Of a DNA stretch of 64,000 nt, positions 48,141 through 57,432 are shown piece by piece; position 1 is the first letter of the stretch; each line of letters begins with the position of its first letter. Source of the DNA: an uncultured Gemmatimonadales bacterium (GTDB lineage Bacteria; Gemmatimonadota; Gemmatimonadetes; Gemmatimonadales; GWC2-71-9). Below the pieces are notes generated by a model. It was not told the DNA's origin. It did no database searches and saw nothing but the letters and a program-made list of their open reading frames with translations. The position numbers were made by a program, and so were the translations under genes. The stretch is from NCBI GenBank assembly GCA_963795085.1, contig CAWCFX010000006.1, positions 32,001-96,000 of the forward strand, given 5' to 3'.

Positions 48141-49250
48141 TCATGGGGACCGGCTCGCCAGTCGGCCGACAACCCGTCCCGCCAGCACCGCCGAGTCGAG
48201 CGAGAGACCCGCCAGGGTATCCCGGGCGGTGTGAATGGTTCGAAGGGTTCCCCAGTCGAGCCGGGCCAGGGTCAGGGCTTTCGCACCGCCGCGGGCGAGG
48301 GGCAGGCTGTCCACGAAGATGCCGGCGGGAAGGCGGTGGCGGCGGACCGGAACGGCGGAGTGACTGGCCAGCAGGGATTCCGCCCGCCCCAGCAGCTCGT
48401 CGCCATCGGGCCGGTGCGTCACCAGGCGCCAGGCCCCCCGCTCGTCCACGGTGTCGATATTGATCACCTCGGTACCGGCGAGCCGGCCCCCGTTGTTCTC
48501 GGCGAAGTAGCGGGCTCCGATCAGGCCGAACTCCTCGGCTCCGGTAACCAGGATCCCGACCGAGGGATCACGGATCTCCCGGGCCGCTACCAGCAGGGCG
48601 GCGATCCCGCTGCCGTTGTCCCGGGCCCCCGGGGTGCTCCCGCGAAGCCGCCCCCGTCCCGCGAGGTATGCCCCCACCATCCCCAGGGCCGCCCCCGCCG
48701 CCATCAGCCAGGTGGGCAACGGGCCGGCCAGCCGGGCCACGGCGAGAGTCGAGAGGCCCGCGATCGCGAGGACCAGCATCCATACCGCTACCAGGCGGCC
48801 GGCCATGGAATGCCCCTGGGACTTGGTGTCGTAGTGCGCCACCACCCAGCACCGGATCGCGGCGCCTCGGGTGGCGATGAGGTTGGCGTCTTCGCGCATC
48901 GCACCCGTGGTGGCCCAGCCGAGTGCCAGCCCCGCGGCCAGGAGCAACAACGCGGCCAACCCGGTGGCCCAGACGGCAATGGCGCTCCAGGGGGGCACCG
49001 CGGGCCAGACCAGGAGGGGAATCAGCAGGAGGGTGAGCCATCCGAGGCCGGCGCCCAGGACCGGCAGGCTCGAGAGGGCGGAAGGCGAGAATGCAAACCG
49101 CTGGGTCTCCACCTGGTATCCAAACCCGGCCAATGCGGCCGCGATCCGGTCCCGGGCATCCACCGCGTCCGGCGTGCCCGCCTCCCGGGATCGCTCGAGA
49201 AGTTCGCGGGCCAGCACCAGCGGGTCGGACCGGCCCGGCGCCCCGGCCAC
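48141..49250 (-). CDS. Membrane-embedded M28-family metallopeptidase
   Basis: VAHYDTK, GARDNGSG, GAEEFG, NIDTV, IHTARD, with inserted TM hairpins. Confidence 0.8.
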   Translation of the reverse strand: MAGAPGRSDPLVLARELLERSREAGTPDAVDARDRIAAALAGFGYQVETQRFAFSPSALSSLPVLGAGLGWLTLLLIPLLVWPAVPPWSAIAVWATGLAALLLLAAGLALGWATTGAMREDANLIATRGAAIRCWVVAHYDTKSQGHSMAGRLVAVWMLVLAIAGLSTLAVARLAGPLPTWLMAAGAALGMVGAYLAGRGRLRGSTPGARDNGSGIAALLVAAREIRDPSVGILVTGAEEFGLIGARYFAENNGGRLAGTEVINIDTVDERGAWRLVTHRPDGDELLGRAESLLASHSAVPVRRHRLPAGIFVDSLPLARGGAKALTLARLDWGTLRTIHTARDTLAGLSLDSAVLAGRVVGRLASRSP

Positions 49251-49254
49251 GCGG

Positions 49255-50334
49255 CTACGCCTTTGGCTTCTTCTTGGGCTTGGGCTCCGGCGCCGCCGGC
49301 AGGCCCTCCGGGTCGGCGATGGCGGCCCGGGCGGTTTCCAGCGTGATGCTGCCGTCGTCCACCAGGCGCATGAGGTGCTGCTCCTGCGTCCACATGCCCT
49401 CGTCACTGCCCTGCTCGATGATCTCGGGAAGATCGCCCAGCCCCTGGGAGTCGCGCACCGCGGCCCGGACTTCGGGCGTCGCGATCACCACTTCCATCGC
49501 GGCCACCCGTCCCTTGCCGTCCTTCCTGGCCAGGAGCTGCTGCGAAATGACCGCACGGATGTTATCGGCCAGGCGCATCCGTCCGATCTGCCGCTCCTCC
49601 CGGGAGAACATCGCCAGCAGGCGGGCCAGCGCCGCCGTGGCATCAGGGCTGGGCATCGCCGCGATGACCAGGTGACCCATCTCGGCGCCTTTGAGGGCGG
49701 AATCCAGGGTCTCCGGGTCGCGGATCTCGCCGATCAGTACAACGTCAGGATCCTGCCGCAGCGCCGCCGCCAGGCCCACGCTGAACGACTCGGTATCGAC
49801 GCCCACGTCCCGCTGGGTCACCGAGCAGTTGATGTCCCGGTGCAGGAACTCGATGGGGTTCTCGATGGTGACGATGTGCTTGTGCCGGGACCGGTTGATG
49901 TGGTTGATCATGGCGGCGATGGTGCTGGTCTTGCCCGACCCGCTGACGCCGGTGACCAGCACAAGTCCCTTGTCCGACTCCGCGATCCGGGCCAGCGTAT
50001 CCGGCAACTGGAGGCTCTCCAGGGTGGGCACGTCAAACGGAATGACCCGCATGACCACCATGAACGAGGACCGCTGTTTCAGCACGTTGACCCGGAACCG
50101 GCCCACACCGGGCATCCCCCAGGAGCAGTCGAAATCCTTCAGTCGGTCGATTTTGTCCCGGTCCTCTTCACTGGCGATGAGCTTGAGGGCGATCGCCCGG
50201 GTCTGGTCCGGCGTCAGCCGCTGCTTGGTGAGGGGCACCAGCTTGCCGTTGATCCGGGCGCGGAAGACATCCCCCGCCTTGATCAGCAGGTCGGAGGCTC
50301 CCCGCTCCACTGCCGCCTTGATGATTTTTTCCAT
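49255..50334 (-). CDS. PilT/PilU-family ATPase (divergent)
   Basis: GRFRVN, GVSGSGKTST, TIENPIEF, LRQDPDVVLIGEIRD. Confidence 0.9.
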   Translation of the reverse strand: MEKIIKAAVERGASDLLIKAGDVFRARINGKLVPLTKQRLTPDQTRAIALKLIASEEDRDKIDRLKDFDCSWGMPGVGRFRVNVLKQRSSFMVVMRVIPFDVPTLESLQLPDTLARIAESDKGLVLVTGVSGSGKTSTIAAMINHINRSRHKHIVTIENPIEFLHRDINCSVTQRDVGVDTESFSVGLAAALRQDPDVVLIGEIRDPETLDSALKGAEMGHLVIAAMPSPDATAALARLLAMFSREERQIGRMRLADNIRAVISQQLLARKDGKGRVAAMEVVIATPEVRAAVRDSQGLGDLPEIIEQGSDEGMWTQEQHLMRLVDDGSITLETARAAIADPEGLPAAPEPKPKKKPKA

Positions 50335-50346
50335 GGATCTCCGCCC

Positions 50347-51369
50347 TCAGGGGCGTAAATTTCCGCCCGCAGGAATCGCCTGGTTCGCCGGCAACAGCCC
50401 CATCCGGGTCCGGACCTCCCCGATCGTGCCGCCGGCCAGCGCGCGCGCCTTGGTGGCGCCCTCCGCCAGGATAGTATCGACCGCGTCGGGCGCGGCATTA
50501 AGCTCGGCGGCCCGGACCCGGACCGGCTCCAGGGTCGCCGCCATATTGGCGGCGAGGACCTTCTTGCAGTCAATGCAGCCCCAGCGCGCGCCCCGGCAGT
50601 TCTCCGCCACTTCGTTCACGGTTTCCGGGGGCGAGAAGTGCTTGTGCAACTCGTAGATATTGCAGATCTCGGGGGTGCCCGGGTCGCTTTTCGTCACCCG
50701 GGCGGGATCGGTCCGGGCCGGGCGCAGTTTCTGCCAGATCGCCTCCGGGCTCTCCAGGATGCCGATGGTGTTGCCGAGGCTCTTGGACATCTTCGCTTCG
50801 CCATCGAGACCCATGATCCGCTTGGCCGTGGTGAGGAGCGGCTGCGGCTCCGGAAAGAACGCCGCACCCCCGAAGAACTGGCTGTTCCACTTCCGGGCGA
50901 CTTCGCGGGACAACTCGAGGTGCTGGGTCTGGTCCTCTCCCACCGGCACCAGCTCGGCCTTGTAGAGCAGGATGTCCGCCGCCATGAGGATCGGATAGTT
51001 AAGCAGGCCCGCCGGAATGCTCTCGAACCGCTGTGACTTATCTTTGAACTGGGTCATCCGTTCCAGTTCGCCGATGGGCGTGACCGTGTTCAGCAGCCAC
51101 TGCAGCTCGGAGTGTTCCGGGACGTGGGACTGCACGAAGAGTGTCGCTCGGGCCGGGTCGATGCCGGACGCCAGCAGCCCCACCGCCATGTCCCGGGTCC
51201 GCTGGGCCAGGGTCTCGGATTCGTACTTCCCGGTGATGGCGTGGAGGTCGACGATGCAGAACAGGCAGTCGTGAATCTGCTGCAGCCGGACCCAGTTCTG
51301 GACCGCGCCGAGCCAATTGCCGATGTGCAGCTCACCGGAGGGTTGAATGCCTGAGAATATGCGAGCCAT
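50347..51369 (-). CDS. trpS: Tryptophan--tRNA ligase
   Basis: SGIQPSG, HIGN, YPILMAADIL, VPVGEDQ, KMSKS. Confidence 0.97.
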   Translation of the reverse strand: MARIFSGIQPSGELHIGNWLGAVQNWVRLQQIHDCLFCIVDLHAITGKYESETLAQRTRDMAVGLLASGIDPARATLFVQSHVPEHSELQWLLNTVTPIGELERMTQFKDKSQRFESIPAGLLNYPILMAADILLYKAELVPVGEDQTQHLELSREVARKWNSQFFGGAAFFPEPQPLLTTAKRIMGLDGEAKMSKSLGNTIGILESPEAIWQKLRPARTDPARVTKSDPGTPEICNIYELHKHFSPPETVNEVAENCRGARWGCIDCKKVLAANMAATLEPVRVRAAELNAAPDAVDTILAEGATKARALAGGTIGEVRTRMGLLPANQAIPAGGNLRP

Positions 51370-51405
51370 GCGCCCAAGCTACCCTGCCCTCCCGAGAGTT
51401 GCAAG

Positions 51406-52191
51406 ATGGCTCCATCCTTAGACTTACTGCACTTGGCCACCGCCGCGGCGCGGCAGGCCGGCGACTACCTCGGCACTGTTCGGCGCCCGGCCAATCCAGC
51501 GGCCTGGATTCGGAAAGGCCGGTCCGATTTCGTCACCGAGGTCGATCGCACCGCCGAATCCCTCATCCGCGCGGTCCTGCTCGGTGGCGAGCCCGGGTCG
51601 ACGGTGGTCGGCGAGGAACTGGCGCCCGATCTGGTGACCCCCGGGCTGGTCTGGATCGTGGACCCGCTCGACGGGACGACCAACTTTCTGCATGGCGTCC
51701 CGGGGTACGCGGTCTCGATTGCGGCGGCAGTGAATGGGCGACTGGAGGCCGGGGTGGTGCTGGAGCTGCCTTCCGGGCGTCTCTTTCGTTCGGCGCGGGG
51801 CGAGGGGGCATGGCGCGACGAGGAGCGCCTCCGGGTCAGCACCATCTCGGATCCCGCCGACGCCCTGGTGGGCACCGGGTTCCCCTTCACCGACTTTTCC
51901 TCGCTGGATGGCTATATGGGCCAACTCCGCCGGGTCATGGAGGCCACCAGCGGTGTGAGGCGGCCAGGGGCGGCGGCACTCGACCTGGCCGCGGTCGCCG
52001 CGGGAGCGTTTGATGGTTTCTGGGAGCAGCGGCTCTCGGCGTGGGACATCGCCGCCGGGATCCTCCTGGTCCGGGAGGCCGGCGGACTGGTCACCGATTT
52101 CGAGGGCCGCGATCTCGGCGTGGAACATTCCTCCGTCGTCGCGGGGAACCCGGCGATTCACCAGTGGCTGCTGACGGTGCTGCGCTCCTGA
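51406..52191 (+). CDS. suhB: Inositol monophosphatase family protein
   Basis: DFVTEVD, GEE, WIVDPLDGTTNF, GAAALDLA, WDIAAG. Confidence 0.85.
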   Translation: MAPSLDLLHLATAAARQAGDYLGTVRRPANPAAWIRKGRSDFVTEVDRTAESLIRAVLLGGEPGSTVVGEELAPDLVTPGLVWIVDPLDGTTNFLHGVPGYAVSIAAAVNGRLEAGVVLELPSGRLFRSARGEGAWRDEERLRVSTISDPADALVGTGFPFTDFSSLDGYMGQLRRVMEATSGVRRPGAAALDLAAVAAGAFDGFWEQRLSAWDIAAGILLVREAGGLVTDFEGRDLGVEHSSVVAGNPAIHQWLLTVLRS

Positions 52192-52386
52192 CACCTCCTC
52201 GCGCTCGCCAGCCCGATTAGACAGCGGGCGTTCCGGAGCCGTTCCGCGACAGCAAATCGCGAGGCGTCCAGGCTCGACACCACGAACCCGCCAGCGGGGC
52301 GGGTGACACTGCTCACGGCTCCAACCGCCCGGCCGTTGGATTCTGACAACGGGATAAACTTTCGAGGAGCCATGGCCTAGTCCACG

Positions 52387-53160
52387 GTGGTCGCCCCCCT
52401 GCAGGATGCCGGGGACGCATTTGCCGCCAGCCTCGCCACCGTGGTGGCCTTTCTGCCCCGGCTGCTGGCCTCCCTCCTCATCATCGCGGTGGGATGGGTC
52501 GTTGCCTCGCTTCTGGGTCGGGCCGTCACGGCCATGCTCCGAGCGATCCGGCTCAACGAGCTGGCTCAGCGGTCGGGACTCTCCGAGTTCATTCGCAACA
52601 TGGGGTTCCGGGCCACGACCGCCGATGTCATCGGAATCGTGACCCGGTGGTTCGTCCGCCTGATCGCGCTGGTGGTGGCCTTTGACGCGCTGGGACTGCC
52701 GGCGGTCTCGTCCGTGCTGAACGAACTGCCGCTCTGGCTGCCCAATCTGGTGGTCGCGCTGGTCGTCCTGATGGTGTGGGGACTGGCGGCTGGCGCACTG
52801 AGCCGGCTGGTCAAGGCCACGGCGACTGAGGCAGGGTTTTCGAACCCGGACACGCTGGCCGCCATCGCCCGGATCGCCGCGTGGAGCTTCGCGGTGGTCG
52901 TGGCGATCAACCAGCTGGGCATCGCTACGGTGCTCATCAACACCCTGATGATCGGCCTGGTCGGGGCGCTGGCCATCGCGGCTGGACTGGCCTTCGGGTT
53001 GGGCGGCCGAGACCGGGCGGCGCTGGCTCTTGAGAAATGGGTAGGCAGCGGTGGCGGTGCGCCGCCCCCGCTGCCGGTCGGCGGCACCGCCAGCCGGGTA
53101 TGGGTCGACCGCTCCGGCATGGACCGCCGCCGAAGCTCTACCTCCGGACGCCGGGACTAG
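52387..53160 (+). CDS. TM-helix repeat membrane protein (CmpX / MscS TM-like)
   Basis: FLPRLLASLLII, WLPNLVVALVVL repeats; AIAAGLAFGLGGRD. Confidence 0.8.
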   Translation: MVAPLQDAGDAFAASLATVVAFLPRLLASLLIIAVGWVVASLLGRAVTAMLRAIRLNELAQRSGLSEFIRNMGFRATTADVIGIVTRWFVRLIALVVAFDALGLPAVSSVLNELPLWLPNLVVALVVLMVWGLAAGALSRLVKATATEAGFSNPDTLAAIARIAAWSFAVVVAINQLGIATVLINTLMIGLVGALAIAAGLAFGLGGRDRAALALEKWVGSGGGAPPPLPVGGTASRVWVDRSGMDRRRSSTSGRRD

Positions 53161-53175
53161 GAGGGCGCCCGCCCG

Positions 53176-53820
53176 CTAGAACGGCGAGCCTCGACGCTCC
53201 GGCCCGGCATAGGCGAAGTCCCGTCGAGCACGGCGCTCGTGGCCGCGCCAATCGTCGCCGGTCCCATCGACCACCCCCGCCTCGGCATTGCCCAGGTTGT
53301 CCGGCCGATAGGACGGGCCCAGGTCGCCCTGGCGGTCGCGCAGGATGGCCCGGGCCTCGAGCGCCCGGTCGTCGGCGCGAACCGTCACCAGCACGGCGCC
53401 TTCCCGGAAGCCGCGGTCAAAGTGCTCGGCATCCTCCGGGGACGTTCCCATCGCCACCAGGGCGCCGATGATCCCCCCGGTCGCCGCGCCGATGCTGGCT
53501 CCGGCCAGCGTGGTAGCCAGGATCCCACCGGCGATGATGGGCCCCACCCCGGGAATGAGCAATGATCCCAGCAGGCCCAGCGCGCCACCTACCATTCCTC
53601 CGCTCAGCGCCCCACGCGCCGCCCCTTCGGCCGCCCCGGTTCCTTCGGCGAGATCCCGTTCGGCCTCCCGGTCCTGCATGGCGATGCCGATGGCGTCCTC
53701 GCTGAACCCCGCCTCGCGCAGATCGGCGATCGCGTCCGAGGCTTCACTCGGGCTGGGGAACAGCGCCACCACGATGGCTCCGGTCCGGCGTCCGACTTCT
53801 TCATGGCCTGGCGAGGTCAT
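53176..53820 (-). CDS. General-stress-type (YflT-like) glycine-zipper membrane protein with Arg-rich tail
   Basis: VVALF..AIADLREAGFSEDAIGI; IPGVGPIIAGG; GFREGAVLVTVRA; tail WRGHERR...YAGPERR. Confidence 0.75.
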   Translation of the reverse strand: MTSPGHEEVGRRTGAIVVALFPSPSEASDAIADLREAGFSEDAIGIAMQDREAERDLAEGTGAAEGAARGALSGGMVGGALGLLGSLLIPGVGPIIAGGILATTLAGASIGAATGGIIGALVAMGTSPEDAEHFDRGFREGAVLVTVRADDRALEARAILRDRQGDLGPSYRPDNLGNAEAGVVDGTGDDWRGHERRARRDFAYAGPERRGSPF

Positions 53821-53935
53821 GTCCCCTCCTGGAAGAACGTGATTGTTCCCCGGCAGAACCAGCCGCCGGCAACAACTCAACGTTAAGGAGAGCGGCCGCG
53901 GGAGCGAGTGACTTGCCTCACTCCGCCGGCGACGA

Positions 53936-54694
53936 TCAGGAAGGGGGGGCGGTGAGAATGCGTGGTCCGTCGCTGGTGATGGCGACCGTGTGCTCAAAAT
54001 GCGCCGCCAGGGAGCCGTCGGCGGTCACCACCGTCCACTTGTCTGCGAGGGTCCGGGTGACCGGGCTGCCGAGCGTGATCATGGGTTCGATCGCGATGGT
54101 CATGCCGTCCGTCAACCGGGGTCCCCGCCGAGGGGAGCCATAGTTGGGGACCTGGGGCTCTTCGTGGAAGGAGGTACCTATGCCGTGGCCCACCAGCTCC
54201 TTCACGACGCCGAAACCGGCCGCCTCGGCCACCTTCTGCACCGCGTGACCGATATCTCCCACGTGCTGCCCGGCCCGCGCCTCGGCGATGCCGGCCGCCA
54301 GGCACTCCCGGGTGACGGCCAGCAGGCGAGCCGCCTCGGGGGAAATCTCGCCAACCGGTATCGTGGTCGCGGAATCGGCGTGCAGACCGTCGAAATGCAC
54401 GCCCACGTCCACGCTGACGATATTGCCGTCCCGGAGCACCCGCTTCGCGGAGGGTATCCCGTGGACGATCTCCTCGTTGATCGAGGTACACAGGGTCTTG
54501 GGAAACCCGTACAGACCCTTGAACGACGGCGCCGCACCGGCGTGGCTCCGGATAAAGGCCTCCGCGATGGCGTCCAGGTCCTCGGTGGACATCCCCGGCC
54601 GGGTGCGCTCGTGCATCAGCGCCAGCGTCGCGGCCACGATCCTGCCGGCGTGCGCCATCGCTTCGATTTCCCGGGGAGACTTGAGTGTGATCAC
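53936..54694 (-). CDS. map: Methionine aminopeptidase type I
   Basis: CTSINEEIVHGIP, VDVG..DSA, GHGIG..HEEP, AIEPM, AHFEHT. Confidence 0.96.
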   Translation of the reverse strand: MITLKSPREIEAMAHAGRIVAATLALMHERTRPGMSTEDLDAIAEAFIRSHAGAAPSFKGLYGFPKTLCTSINEEIVHGIPSAKRVLRDGNIVSVDVGVHFDGLHADSATTIPVGEISPEAARLLAVTRECLAAGIAEARAGQHVGDIGHAVQKVAEAAGFGVVKELVGHGIGTSFHEEPQVPNYGSPRRGPRLTDGMTIAIEPMITLGSPVTRTLADKWTVVTADGSLAAHFEHTVAITSDGPRILTAPPS

Positions 54695-54708
54695 GGGCCG
54701 CCTGGGAA

Positions 54709-54760
54709 CAAAGAGTACAGAGTGCAGAGTGCAGCGTGCAGCGCGCAGCGTGCAGCGTGC
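54709..54760 (+). repeat. Heptamer array abutting the adk stop (7 units GAGTGCA/GCGTGCA)
   Basis: CAAA-GAGTACA-GAGTGCA-GAGTGCA-GCGTGCA-... Confidence 0.92.
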
Positions 54761-55320
54761 TACTGCAGGAGGGTCTCCACTCGGCTGGCGATGTCCTCCA
54801 CCGGGCCCACCGCATCTACGACGTGGACCGTGCCGCGCTTCCGATAGTACTCCAGGACTGGAGCGGTTTGGGCCCGGTAGGCCTCGAGGCGGGTCTTCAC
54901 CGAGGCGGGGTCGTCGTCCGCCCGGCCTTCGATGTCGCGCCGTTTTGCCAGCCGGTCCAGAATGACCTGGTCGGGAATCTCGAAGTACAGCACCGCGTCC
55001 ATGGCCCTGCGCTGCTCGGCGAGCAGGCGATCAACGCCCTCGGCCTGCGGGATCGTTCGCACCACGCCGTCGAAGATCACTCCGCCCGCTGCGCCGGGCT
55101 TGGCCAGCTCGTCGCGCACCACGCCCATGATCAGGTCGTCACTCACCAGGGCGCCCGATTCCATGGTCGCCTTGACCTCGAGGCCGATCGGCGTACCCCG
55201 CTTGACCGCGTCGCGCAGGAGATCACCGGTGGCGAACTTGGGCAGCCCCAGGCGTTCGGCCAGCAGCGCCCCCTGGGTGCCTTTGCCCGCGCCCGGCGGG
55301 CCCAGCAGGAGTATGTCCAC
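54760..55320 (-). CDS. adk: Adenylate kinase (short-LID type)
   Basis: GPPGAGKGTQ, TGDLLR, GALVSD, GRADD; GGAGG RBS before GTG. Confidence 0.96.
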   Translation of the reverse strand: MDILLLGPPGAGKGTQGALLAERLGLPKFATGDLLRDAVKRGTPIGLEVKATMESGALVSDDLIMGVVRDELAKPGAAGGVIFDGVVRTIPQAEGVDRLLAEQRRAMDAVLYFEIPDQVILDRLAKRRDIEGRADDDPASVKTRLEAYRAQTAPVLEYYRKRGTVHVVDAVGPVEDIASRVETLLQ

Positions 55321-55338
55321 GGTTCCTCCAAAAGGACT

Positions 55339-55426
55339 GAGTGCAGGGTGCACTCTGCACTCTGCACTCTGCACTCTGCTACTCTTTGCTCTGTACTCTT
55401 TGCTCTGTACTCTTTGCTCTGCCCTC
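55339..55426 (+). repeat. Heptamer array (TGCACTC/TGTACTC/TTTGCTC) between secY and adk, inverted relative to 54709-54760
   Basis: CTCTGTACTCTTTG (55389 and 55403) is the exact reverse complement of 54709-54722. Confidence 0.92.
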
Positions 55427-55428
55427 GT

Positions 55429-56742
55429 CTACATGAACCGCTGCTGCCGCCCCCGAAACTTGACCCGGCCGGTCTTCATGAAGCTGTCGTACTTGCGCAA
55501 CTGCCGGTGCTGTTCCACCTGGGCGATGGTATCGAGCAGGGTGCCGACCACGATGAGCACCGAGGTGCCGCCAAACGCCGACTGGAACCCGAGTTGCTGC
55601 CCGAGGATCATCGGAACGAGGGCCACGAATGCCAGGAAGAGCGCGCCGGGGAGGGTCACCCGGGACAGGACAGTATCGATGTAGTCGGCGGTGCTGGCGC
55701 CCGGCTTGACCCCGGGAATGAAGCCGCCCTGCTTCTTCAGGTTCTCCGACAGGTCCACCGAGTTAAAGATGATGGATGTGTAGAAGTAGCTGAACAGCAG
55801 GATCATCGCGGTGAAGATCAGGATATACGGCCATTCCCCGGGAGTGAAGAAATCCGCCATTCCCTGGAGGAACGGGCTCCGGGTGACGCTGGCCAGGGTC
55901 CCGGGCACGATGATGATCGTCTGGGCGAAGATGATCGGCATCACGCTGGCGGTAAGCAGCCGGATCGGGATAAAGGTCTTCTGGGATTCGCGGACCCGCC
56001 CCCGGCCCATGACCTTGCGGGGGATCTGGATGGGGATGCGCCGGGCGGCGATGGTCATCGCCGTGGTCGCCCCCATCACCAGGATGAGCATCACGACGTA
56101 TCCAACCAGCCCGAACAGCGACACCACCTCGGCCTTGAGGAACTGGAACGCCTGCAGGGTGCCCGGCCAGAACCGTTCCAGGATCGAGAAGGTGATGAGC
56201 AGGCTCATGCCGTTGCCGATACCGCGCTCGGTGATCTGCTCGCCCAGCCACATCACGAACACCGCGCCGGCGGTCAGGATCACGACCATCAGAAGGCGGG
56301 ACGCCAGGCTGGGAGAGGCGACCGCGCCGGGGATGGACTCGGTGAACAGGGCAAAGGTGTACGCCTGCGACGCCGCGATGAGAATCGTGACGTAGCGGGT
56401 CCACTGGGTCAGCTTCTTCTTGCCCTCTTCGTCGCGCTGCATCTTGCCGACCGAGGGCACCACGCCGCCGGCCAGCTGGAACAGGATGCTGGCCGAGATG
56501 TAGGGCATGATGCCCAGCGCGAAGACGGTGGCGCGGGAAAGCCCGCCGCCCAGCATGTCGTACAGCCCGAAGAACCCGGCCGCGGCCGAGTTCCGGATGT
56601 AGTCAGCGAGGGCGGCGGCGTTAACGCCGGGCGAGACGATATGGGCGCCGACCCGGTAGATCACCAGCGCCAGCAGCGTGAACAGCAGCTTGCGCTTGAG
56701 CTCCGGGTCGATGGCAAAGCCGGAAACGCGCGGGGCGGTCAC
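55429..56742 (-). CDS. secY: Preprotein translocase SecY
   Basis: FALGIMPYISASI, WLGEQITERGIGNG, FIPGVKPG, GGTSVLIVVG. Confidence 0.98.
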   Translation of the reverse strand: MTAPRVSGFAIDPELKRKLLFTLLALVIYRVGAHIVSPGVNAAALADYIRNSAAAGFFGLYDMLGGGLSRATVFALGIMPYISASILFQLAGGVVPSVGKMQRDEEGKKKLTQWTRYVTILIAASQAYTFALFTESIPGAVASPSLASRLLMVVILTAGAVFVMWLGEQITERGIGNGMSLLITFSILERFWPGTLQAFQFLKAEVVSLFGLVGYVVMLILVMGATTAMTIAARRIPIQIPRKVMGRGRVRESQKTFIPIRLLTASVMPIIFAQTIIIVPGTLASVTRSPFLQGMADFFTPGEWPYILIFTAMILLFSYFYTSIIFNSVDLSENLKKQGGFIPGVKPGASTADYIDTVLSRVTLPGALFLAFVALVPMILGQQLGFQSAFGGTSVLIVVGTLLDTIAQVEQHRQLRKYDSFMKTGRVKFRGRQQRFM

Positions 56743-56743
56743 G

Positions 56744-57202
56744 TCAGGACTCGACGCTGCCGCCGGCCGCTTCGATCTTGGCCTTGGCCGTGGCGGAGAC
56801 GGCGACGCCCTTCACCGTGTAGGCGCGCTCGACCTCGCCGGTGCCCAGGATCTTGACCGCCGATGTGGGCCGGGTGATGAGACCGGCGGTGGTCAGCGTA
56901 TCCGGGTTGATCTCGGTCACGGCCATCTTGCCCAGGTCCCTCAGGTTGACCGGGTGGGCCCTCACCTTGAAGGGATTGGTGAACCCGCGCTTGGGCAGCC
57001 GCCGGTACATCGGCATCTGGCCGCCTTCGAACCCGGGGTTGGTCGCCCCGCCGGTCCGGGCCTTGTGACCCTTGTGGCCCTTGCCGGACGTCTTGCCCAG
57101 CCCGGACCCGGGCCCGCGGCCCACCCGCTTCTTGTATTGGGTAGAACCCTTGGCCGGCCGCAACGTGGACAGCGTGATCGGGGTCCGCTCTTTGTCAGCC
57201 AT
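56744..57202 (-). CDS. rplO: 50S ribosomal protein L15
   Basis: RVGRGPGSGLGKTSGKGHKG, FEGGQMP. Confidence 0.97.
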   Translation of the reverse strand: MADKERTPITLSTLRPAKGSTQYKKRVGRGPGSGLGKTSGKGHKGHKARTGGATNPGFEGGQMPMYRRLPKRGFTNPFKVRAHPVNLRDLGKMAVTEINPDTLTTAGLITRPTSAVKILGTGEVERAYTVKGVAVSATAKAKIEAAGGSVES

Positions 57203-57432
57203 TACGCCTCCTGCACCGGCGTCACCTTGACCAGGTGACGCACTTTGAACAACATCCCGCGAATCGATGGATTATCGGCCAGGACCACCGTCTGCTGGTG
57301 GTGGCGGAGGCCGAGGGCCCGCAAGGTCCGGCGGAACGTCTCGGCGTGGCCGATCTCCGAGCGAACCTGCTTCACGGAGAGCTTTCCGCCCGCCGCGGCT
57401 TTCTTCGTGGTACGCTTGGCGGTCTCAGGCAT
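57202..57432 (-). CDS. rpmD: 50S ribosomal protein L30
   Basis: [26 protein letters not shown]; operon position. Confidence 0.93.
   Translation of the reverse strand: MPETAKRTTKKAAAGGKLSVKQVRSEIGHAETFRRTLRALGLRHHQQTVVLADNPSIRGMLFKVRHLVKVTPVQEA

Noticed and set aside
54736..56856. Long antisense or alternative-frame ORFs (here and throughout, e.g. 18142-20094, 32426-34243, 39058-40893)
   Set aside because: Shadow ORFs expected at high GC opposite well-supported genes; no motifs
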